Part shown: one piece after another, positions 26,029-34,449 of the stretch
Layout of the letters: each line of letters opens with the position of its first letter
Numbering within the stretch: the first letter of the stretch is position 1
Origin: Ministeria vibrans ATCC 50519
Lineage: Eukaryota; Protista; Filasterea
Direction of reading: 5' to 3'
DNA length: 34,449 bases
Assembly (NCBI GenBank): GCA_943704425.1
Contig: CALSCP010002616.1
Location: 1-34,449 of the forward strand
Position numbers and translations under genes: made by a program
Notes under the pieces: generated by a model
What the model was told of the DNA's origin: nothing
What the model saw: only the letters and a program-made list of their open reading frames with translations
Database searches by the model: none

Positions 26029-28007
26029 GTCTTGTGACTGTTGTTAATAATATTTTTATTCGTGTATAATCAAAGCCGCTTGGAGCACACAACACGTTCG
26101 GAGAGCCGCTGGACACGTTTCTCAAGCATTGGGGCATTGACGATATGGAACAGCGCCAGATGATGCACGACAGCATTGAGTGCGAGAGCATCAAGCTCAT
26201 GAAGGCACTGATGCAGTGGGAGGAGTCGCTACCGCAAGAACTGCGCGGTGCTGTCGGCTGCCAGACTGATTCGCTCGGACTCGATTTCATCCTTAGCGGT
26301 GTTGGCGGAGCATGCATCCCTGTTCTTATTGAGGTCAACGACCATGACACGACCATTCAGGTGAGAAAAGAAAAAAGGAAGAGGGCAATGATATTATTTT
26401 TCATTGTTACTGACTGACGCGTTATATTTTTGTGTTGTCTTTTTCATCTCTTTTTTTTTTGAATTTTGTAGCCCAGTCGTATGGAAAATTCGCACCCGTC
26501 TTTCCGTGGCGACTGCGTTCGTCCCTGGCTCTCGACCATGATTGCCCGCTCTTCTGACTATCTCTGTCGTGGAAAATCTGTCATTCTCTTTGCCGAGAGC
26601 AGTGACTTTCTCACCGACGACGTAAATATTTTTATCATTATAATAATATTTATTTTATTATTATTCTTATTATTCTTATTATTCTTATTATTCTTATCCT
26701 CTGATGTTGTATAGTTGGACGAGGTGCTGGAGAAATTGGGCATCAGCGTGGTCTTGTGTGCTCCGCAGGCGGTGCGAACGCCCACGACGAAGCATTTCAC
26801 GGGACGCGTGTACTTCAAGACGGGAACAGAGAGCAAGTCGGAGGAGAGCACCGACGTGCAGGCGGCGGATATTGTGAAGCAGATTGGGTCGGCGAAGTGG
26901 TCTTCGAGTCTTACCATTGGCGGGGTTCTTTCTCTGCAGCCGTCGACGAGTTCGCTTGCGGCGATCGTTGCGGAAAAGATGCACATCCATGGCCCGTCGC
27001 TATCCGGCGTGGCCAAGACTTCCACCCCAACAAGCCTGTACGAGGTGCTCAGCACCTCACCCAAGAACTACTTTGTCTGCTCGGCGCGCGACTTTGCTGT
27101 CCCCGCCGTTCTGGTTCGTTCGGTCATGGAGGTTACTGATACGATCAAAGCACTGGGCGGATGCCCTCTTGTGGTGGGCCTCAACTCTCGCTCGGCCCTG
27201 ACGAGCGCCAGTGAGTTTAGTCGCGTTGCCATGGACCCCGCGTCAGTGGAACGTGAGTTCACGCGACTTCAGGCGACTGGCAACCGTGTGTTCATGCGCC
27301 CGTGTGTCCACGGTTCCGAGCACATTGTTGACATTGCCGTGTACGAAGGGAAAATGGTGTTTGGCTCGGTGAGCGACGTGGGACACGATGTGCTCAAGCG
27401 ATTTGCCTCGCGTGCCATTGCCATGCCCGGTTCCCTCTCACTGCACGAGCACGAGTCGCTGTGCACAGCCGTGCTGGTGAGCCTGCGTCGCCTTGACCTC
27501 ATGACGGGAGTGTACTCGGCGAGCTGTCGTTTGTCAGCGCGTGGACCTCGCGTTGTCGACATTTGTGTCGGCCTTGGAAGCGGTCCGTCTGTTGCGTTTT
27601 GCCGCGCCGTGTGGGGCGTTGACTTTGTCTCGCTCGGCATGCAGTTGGCCCTGGGCATTCGACCCCATCGCTTGATCTGGGGTGCTGTGCCGAATCCTGA
27701 GAAGGCCCCCATGCACTGTGTCGCAGTGGAGGTGTCCAACACCCTTGCGGCAAGCGCCGAGGCATTCCTCGAGGATGTCCCCTCAACAACAACCTCACCA
27801 CCATCCAACGTCAACCTCTTCCTCATCGACGCCCACATGCCGCTTCTGAGCAGTTTTGACAAGGAGCGCTCGGCCAAGCAGGCGAGCCACACCTCTGCCG
27901 TCGAAGAGGCTCCCCGCAGCTACCTTGTGTGCACCTCGAACAGCTTTGAGACTGCTCGCATTCGTCTTCTGGCGACCACCCGTGTGCTTGACACTGTCAT
28001 CGAATAA
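24333..28007 (+). CDS. Carnosine synthase (CARNS1)-like double ATP-grasp protein, paralog C (N-terminal ATP-grasp intact, C-terminal degenerate)
   Basis: Exons 24333-24521, 24665-25001, 25088-25326, 25483-25974, 26076-26360, 26472-26621 and 26715-28007 are in frame. Motifs LLFEGGRMCPGDFFVALSPEWIEKVP, FQPPRLVTYF, ALAFTYEP, VVKPSGYRW, DSVLVEDFIYP, QTDSLGLDFIL and LIEVNDHD. The C-terminal domain has GSEHIVD and VSD but reads GPRVVDICVGLGSG in place of GPRLIEINxRMGG. Confidence 0.9.
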
Positions 28008-28293
28008 TTAAATAAAAATTCGTTCCTTCTTTTTCGTGTGCCACACAACTCGTGTTATTTCAGTATAATTTCAATGGCTTACAGCCTTAGACTTTAGAGA
28101 AAGGGAGGCCGGAGGGACGATCGGACTTTTTTTGACTTTGTGTACTCTATTTTCATTTTTCATTCAATCATTTATTTTTATCCATCCGCAGGTAAACTCG
28201 TCGCAGTGATCATAGACCACCGTTTGGCCAGTAGCTTGTAAACCTCATGCATCTGTATAATAATGCTTATTCTTCTTTCGACAGGAAATGCAA

Positions 28294-29500
28294 ATGAAGT
28301 TCTCCCTTTTGCTTTCGGTCGTAATATTCGCTGCTGCTGTGACTGCGCAGCACTGCAACATGCCTCAGTACGTGTAAACCATCCACAGCGTTGCCGTCTA
28401 ACCCCCGCGTGTCTTCGTTTGTCTCGCGTAGGGAATGGGAGGTGACTTGTTTTGTATGTTTTTTTTTACGCTCTACTGACTCTCTCTGTTCTTCATTCGT
28501 CCTCTCTTCCCCCTCCCCGCTTTGTTCCTCGATGCATGGTTCTTCTGTGTAGGCCGAGCAGACGATGTTTGACCCGTAAGTCTTTTTCCTTTTTTTTTTT
28601 TCTCTCTTTGTGTGTTTGTTGTTGTTTTCCGTCAAATCGACGATAAAACGCACGTCAGCCGTCTGTGGCTGCTCCTGCTCCCCATGCACACCGCCAGTCA
28701 CACAACATGCTCATGTGTGCGGCGACGAGACCAACACCGCCCTATCTTCGGTCCCTTGAGCGTTTCTCAATCTCTCTCGTTCTCTCTCCTTATCCTTAGC
28801 AATCAACGCGACAACTCGACTTTTTTTCGTACTGCGCACTACTCTTACGGTTAGCCATGCAAAAAACGGGTTTTGATCTCACTCGCCTTGATTTCGTCTG
28901 TGTCTCGTAGATGGCGTGAACCTGCGCAAGCATCGTCTGGAGAAGATCACCATTGGCGACGAGCCTCGCGAGTACTACGCCATCCTTGAGCTGTACCACG
29001 AGAAGAAGGCCTACGTGACCAATCTGAAGACGAAGGAGTGCAAGTCGGAGGAGCTCACACACGACTTCCACCGTCACGACATTCGCACCGGCTCCAAGTT
29101 TGGCGGCTACAAGACGCTGGGTTTTGGCGTTGACGCCGTTACTCTCGGCCAGTGGTTCTCCGAGTTCCACGACGAGCACGGCCACCTTGTCCACCAGTAC
29201 CAGACGTTCACGCAAAAGGAGTGTGTGCCCGTGCGCGACGACCGCCACTCCACCGAGCACGGCCTTGTCTACGAGCAGTTCAGTGACACCACCCTTGGCT
29301 TCCACGATCCCAACGTATGACACGAACGAAGCAAAGAGAAAGGAGGGAGAGAGAGAGCGAGTGAGTGAGTGAGAGAAAGGAGGGAGAGATGATAAGAAAA
29401 GAGATAGATAGAGACAGAGATTTTGATTTATATGTGTGTTGACACTGATCTTTTCTCGTTCTTATTGTAGATCTGGACTATTCCCCCAAACTGCCACTAG
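28294..29500 (+). CDS. Ependymin-related protein (EPDR family), secreted or lysosomal
   Basis: Exons 28294-28367, 28432-28441 (10-nt micro-exon), 28553-28575, 28800-28849, 28911-29314 and 29471-29500 give the signal peptide MKFSLLLSVVIFAAAVTAQ, then CNMPQEWE, SYDGVNLRK, TKECK, T..ECVPV and F.D..LGFHDPNIWTIPPNC, the four-Cys ependymin pattern. Confidence 0.82.
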
Positions 29501-29662
29501 GCGAAAGAAAACGCATAATAAAAACTTCCTAACAAATAACCTTTGGTTATTGCACAGAAGATACATCACAAGGTTTCTATTTTCCGTTCTTCTTCTTCTT
29601 TTTTTGTGTTTCCCCAAAAACCAAGTCCCATTTGTGAAAAAAACAGCGGGGTTTTGATTGTA

Positions 29663-30594
29663 TTAGAGTTTGCTCTTGACAACAGTTTTGAGGAGACGCT
29701 CAAGTTTCATCGCAAGTGTCATATCACCCTAAGAAGAGACAAAGAAAAGTCAAGACCATTGTGAGTGTGAAAAAGAAGAGGGAAAAAGAGTTGCAATCAA
29801 GTAACAAGTGAGCGAGTGATTATTGTCAGCAAAATGTTATAATGTATATACTAATGTATATACATACCTTAATCTTGAGCTTTCCCATGAAAAAGGCGGA
29901 AGTGGCAGAGGTCTTTCCAGAGAACATATCCAGAAAGACAGAGTCAGACATGGTCATGGTGCAATCGGCCTTATCGACCTAAACAAGACAAACCACACAC
30001 AGTCAGAGAGAAGTAAAAAAAAAAACAGACCACAGCGAATAGAATACAAGAAAGGAAACGAGTGTGACTTGCACAGCCAGTCGGTCACCCAGTCAGTACC
30101 TCTCCCTTTTGGACATCACCCGCTCCGTTCTTCAAGTCCAGATACCACTGGCCGCCCTGCGAGCCTCCAATGTGAAACTGGTAGACACCCTTGGTGCGTG
30201 CCACAATGGTCTCGCTCGCCATGCCCCGCAGTTTACTAAACACTTCCTCGATCTGTATAAAAAGAGAACAAAGTAAAGAGGGTGTCAAGGGATTTGATCA
30301 GGTAAAAACAATGACAATGACAATCAAATAAAGACATAAAGGGTAGTCATCAATGTCACACCTCCGACTTGGCCACGACGGGCTGCTCCGCCTTGGGCGC
30401 GCTGGCAGTGGTACTGGCCGCGCCCGCTGCAGCCGCAGTGGTCTGTGCCGTAATCACCTCTCCATTCTCATCCACATCCAGAAAGAAGTCTGGCATCAGT
30501 TTGGCGCCCGGTGTCTCCGCGTACTGCTCAAAATCAGTCACTCCTCGCGCGCGCAGAATCTCCTCGTCGATCACAAACTGCCCTGTCATCTCCT

Positions 30595-30688
<94 letters not shown>

Positions 30689-32028
30689 AAACACTCAAAC
30701 AAGCTTCAATAGGCCTACATCGCACCAACATTCTGTCTCTTTTATCATTCTGTTCTCTCACTCTCCTCTTTGTTTTTTTTTCTTCTCTCTCTCTATCGAT
30801 TTGTTTCTTTCGCCTCTTTCTTTCTCTCTCGCACCTTTGAGTCGCTCGTGAAGATGGCGTAGGCCGCATCGGCCATAATTGTGTCCTTGCGACACGCATC
30901 AAACGCTTCCTTGCCCCCACCCAGCATTTCCATGGCTGCCGTTGAGATGGCCGTCTTAGGCCACAGTCCGTTCACCGCAATTCCTTCATCACGGAACTCC
31001 TCAGCCATTCCAAGGACACACATTGACATACTAAAAATACATTCAGCGTCAGTCGGCCACACTTTGATTGCCCGCCACCGGACCCCTCTCTGTCTCAATC
31101 ACTTTGTTTCTTTCCCCCTCTTCTCGCTCTCTATCACTTTGTTTCTTTCCCACTCCTCTTTCTCTCTCTCTCTCTCATACTTGTATTTCGCCATGGTGTA
31201 GGCAACGTGGTTCTTGAACCAGTGCGGCTTCATGTTGAGCGGAGGCGAGATGTTCAGAATGTGACGGTTGCGCGACGTGTTGGTCATGAAGGGCAGACAC
31301 GCACGGGTGCTATCCAGGAAGACGGACGATCTCAAGCTTCAAAAACAGCAAGCCATGTTTTGTCTCTTACATGAGGTAGGTACCGCGGCCGTTGACCTGG
31401 TGCATCAGATCGTAGCGCTTCATGGGTGTTTCGCGAGTGCCCGTCAGCGAAATGGCCGACGCATTATTCACCACAATGTCAATACTGCCGTACTCTTTGA
31501 CTGCGCGCGCCACGGCCTCGTCCACCTGCATTTCGTCGCGGATGTCGCAAATGCACGGCAGGCACTTTCCACCGGCGTCTTCGATCTGACGACAGAACAA
31601 AAACGATACACACACAATAATATAATAAGTATAATAATTAATTATAGAAAAATCACGAGTTTTTCGGTTCGCTTTTACCTCCTTGGCCGCCGTGTAAATG
31701 GTGCCGGGAAGCTTGGGATGCGCTGTGGCAGTCTTGGCTACAGAAACACACAGACGCGGTCAGCTGCGATAGTGGGCATGGGGCTGGATCGAGAGGGACA
31801 CACAAACACACTGGCGCACCCGCAAGCACAATGTTTGCCCCATCACGCGCAGCCTTCAGCGCAATGGCCTTGCCGATCCCGCGCGATCCGCCTGAAATGA
31901 AGAGTGTCACGCCCTTCAGGGCGCTGAGAGTGAGAGAGAGAGAGCGTGTGTGTGTGAGAGTGAGAGTGAGACATCGAAATTTCGCATTTAGCATAATTTC
32001 TTCTTTACCCAGTGTTTAAGATGGACAT
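29663..32028 (-). CDS. HSDL2: Hydroxysteroid dehydrogenase-like protein 2 (SDR + SCP2 domain, peroxisomal)
   Basis: Multi-exon gene: MSILNTG..LKGVTLFISGGSRGIGKAIALKAARDGANIV, HPKLPGTIYTAA, NNASAISLT, ILNISPPLNM..WFKNHVAYTMAK, MSMCVLGMAEEF, NGLWPKTAI, then an SCP2 domain (WYLDLKNG, AFFMGKLKIKGDM.LAMKLE) ending in the PTS1 tripeptide SKL. Confidence 0.95.
30597..30686. repeat. (AG)n microsatellite forming the polypyrimidine tract of an HSDL2 intron
   Basis: Seen directly, immediately upstream of the minus-strand acceptor CTACAG. Confidence 0.97.
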
Positions 32029-32303
32029 GGTATGTTAGAAACTTGGTTCGGGGTGATCAGAGAGGAAAAAATGGTGCGGGTCGAGGTGGATCAAATGAAA
32101 GAAATGATTGTTTCGTTGTTTATTCAGAATTGGATGCGCCAGTCTGACCTGATCGGCAGATTTCAGCCAATATCCCCCATAACTGTTATAACTCTATGAT
32201 CATTGATCAATTGATTATGTATCTCTTATATATATATACATTACTAATAAAATTGTCCGGTTTGAAAGATTTCTCTTTTGATTTGATACATAAAGTGTCA
32301 GTT

Positions 32304-33218
32304 TCAGTTTTGTGACTTGCTCGTCTTCTTCGTCACTTTGTCATAGATGGTGTTGAGGAGCAGGTTTGGGAAGAAGCTGGCGTGAGCCCACTCAAAGGCG
32401 ACCTTTTCGTCGTCATCGGAGACATTCTGCAGAGCAATCATCGTCGCCTTCTCTTTGGTGAGTGCATGGGAGACACCCTGAAGGAGATTGGCGTAAAAGG
32501 CACAGCCGTAGAAGAACATGGCAGGATGAGCCCCAAGTACGTAGAAGGTGCGCGATAGCAGAGTGGTGACAATGGCGACGGGCGCCACAGCGTTACGGCG
32601 CAGCGACAGGAGTGAGGCAATGGTGAGTGTGCCCAGCCACATTTCGAGCTGGTGCTTTGCAAGGGGCGCGCCGAGCGACTCACGAAGACGAGTCGTTTGT
32701 GTGTGGGTGAGGTAGAGGCCAACGCCGGTCAGGGTGCACATGACAAGGCCGATGTTCGACGGAGTGCGGTTGAGCAGCACGTCGCCCACCAGAACCGCCA
32801 AGAAGGCAGCAAAGAGCCAAGCCTCGCCGGCGTGGTCCACCACAAGCGGTGCTGTGTGGTACGCAGCAGCGACACAGAGTGCCGAGGCGACGCGTACGGC
32901 TACAGGGCACGGGGCAGACAGGACAGTCAGCGTGAGGATCCACATCAGCGCAGACAGCGCTGAAAACCACCGCAGTGTCTCCCAGCCGGTAATTTGAGGG
33001 ATCGCCATGTCGATGGCGTTGAGCAAGGCAAAGTTGCCGCCCAGCTGGAAGACAAGGCACACAATGTGGAGCCCGATGTTGGTCCAGCCGCGGTGATCGC
33101 GTTTGAAGTGGCGCAGTGCGATCGTAAAGTCAGAGCCAAGCGCAGCGTTGAAGAAGATCTTCCAGGGGTAGAAGAAGAACAGCCCAGAGGCAAAGAGAGG
33201 GATCGAGGTCAAAGGCAT
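32304..33218 (-). CDS. Mpo1/DUF962-like multi-pass membrane protein
   Basis: Intronless 304-aa hydrophobic ORF with HxxxxNxxxH (DHRGWTNIGLH) and QxxxH (QGVSH), the metal-binding pattern of the Mpo1 family. Confidence 0.6.
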   Translation of the reverse strand: MPLTSIPLFASGLFFFYPWKIFFNAALGSDFTIALRHFKRDHRGWTNIGLHIVCLVFQLGGNFALLNAIDMAIPQITGWETLRWFSALSALMWILTLTVLSAPCPVAVRVASALCVAAAYHTAPLVVDHAGEAWLFAAFLAVLVGDVLLNRTPSNIGLVMCTLTGVGLYLTHTQTTRLRESLGAPLAKHQLEMWLGTLTIASLLSLRRNAVAPVAIVTTLLSRTFYVLGAHPAMFFYGCAFYANLLQGVSHALTKEKATMIALQNVSDDDEKVAFEWAHASFFPNLLLNTIYDKVTKKTSKSQN

Positions 33219-34070
33219 ACTGGCAGATTGTAACTGGATTTATTATACTGACTTAGTCACTCTACACTGAGAGACATGCCGAAGTTGATCATATTGATTT
33301 TGAGGTGATTGACTACTAGAGTCTGGACTGAAACTCACTGAGGTTTGAGTGGCGAGTGCACGTGTCGCACTCGGGCCGCTTGGAGGTTTTTTTGTGAAAG
33401 CAAGCAGCGCGAGACGACCATCAGAGGGGCACAAGCCTTTCACACGCCTGAGCCAATATATTGAATCAACACGTTGAACCGCTTGTCATGGCGCAAATCC
33501 TGGAGTGGGTGGACAGGGTGGTGGTGTTAACAGTGACCAATACTAGCGAAGTGCGGCGGATCAACTAAGAGAATGAGGGTTAAGTTAAAGGCGCTCGGTG
33601 AAGCAAGCGTCACGTGGTGTACATGTGTTTCAGTGGACGTCCTATGGACAACAAGTGAGGCACATGTGTGGCACGCTGCTAAAGCGACTGTGTGTGAACA
33701 CGAAGGACACTTTTTATTCCGCGGAGAATGCTTTCCACGAAATACCATATTAATATGGGCACGTACATGGGCTTCCAACACATATTCATGTGAATCAATA
33801 ATAAATATGGATCATGAATATATAAATCGTTTCATTGTTGTTGTCTCACAGTGTATGTAAAGCGTGGTTCAGTGCTCTTGCTCTCTCTCTCTCGTGAATG
33901 CTGTGGCGCTCCGCGTGTGTCGTCCAGTGTATCATTATAAGTCGGAGAGATCCAAAACGCGCGAAAGATGGAAGTGTGTGCCTTTGACAGGCAATGAATG
34001 AGTGTGCGAAAAAGAGAAGAACGAGCTGGCGTGGAAGGAAGGGTATTTACAACGGGAAAAGTGCATGTCA

Positions 34071-34449
34071 TTAAAGTATGATACAGTTGGGAGATTCGTT
34101 TGGGGGCTGGGTAGCGATCGGATGGGCTGCGCGTTGTGGGAGCCGGCAAAGGGCACTGAGAGACTTGCGAGTTTGCTTGGTGTGTAGGTGATTGGGGCCA
34201 AGAAACTTCTCGCGGATAGTCAAAGCACGCTGAAAATAGTCAAGGGCACGAGAGCGGTCTCCTTGTGCACGGAACACACCAGCCATGTTGTTCAATGTCT
34301 GGCCAGTGGATGGGTGGTCGGGACCAACAGACTTCTCTTTGATGGTCAGAGCACGCTCATAGTACTCAAGAGCACGACTGTAGTCTCCTTGTGCCTCGAA
34401 CACACCAGCCATGTTGTTCAATGTCTGGCCTGTGGATGGGTGGTCGGGA
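34071..34449 (-). CDS. TPR-repeat protein (kinesin-light-chain / NPHP3-like 42-aa repeats), 3' end only
   Basis: Repeats of GPDHPSTGQTLNNMAGVFxAQGDxSRALxYxxRALTIxEK encoded by near-identical 126-bp units; truncated by the window edge. Confidence 0.85.
   Translation of the reverse strand, partial: PDHPSTGQTLNNMAGVFEAQGDYSRALEYYERALTIKEKSVGPDHPSTGQTLNNMAGVFRAQGDRSRALDYFQRALTIREKFLGPNHLHTKQTRKSLSALCRLPQRAAHPIATQPPNESPNCIIL

Noticed and set aside
33243-34070. Short ORFs between the Mpo1-like and TPR genes
   Set aside because: No motifs or clear exon structure; treated as intergenic.

Overview
Eukaryotic (protist-like) genomic DNA with GT-AG introns full of microsatellites and GC-rich exons; the supplied ORFs are mostly exon fragments, so gene models were spliced by hand. 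Positions ~200-28000 hold a compact, functionally coherent cluster: three paralogous carnosine-synthase (CARNS1/ATPGD1)-like double ATP-grasp ligases, a bacterial-type PanP-like PLP aspartate 1-decarboxylase (a beta-alanine source), a DmpA/BapA-family (S58) beta-peptidyl aminopeptidase, two near-identical intronless OSCA/TMEM63 channels and an MSL-type MscS channel between them. The three ligases show reciprocal domain inactivation: two keep only the N-terminal catalytic motif and one keeps only the C-terminal motif. My inference is a make-break-release module for a beta-alanyl peptide osmolyte, coupled to mechanosensing. To the right are an ependymin-related gene, HSDL2, an Mpo1/DUF962-like membrane protein and a truncated TPR gene. 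Family calls come from recognising motifs by eye, not from database searches.
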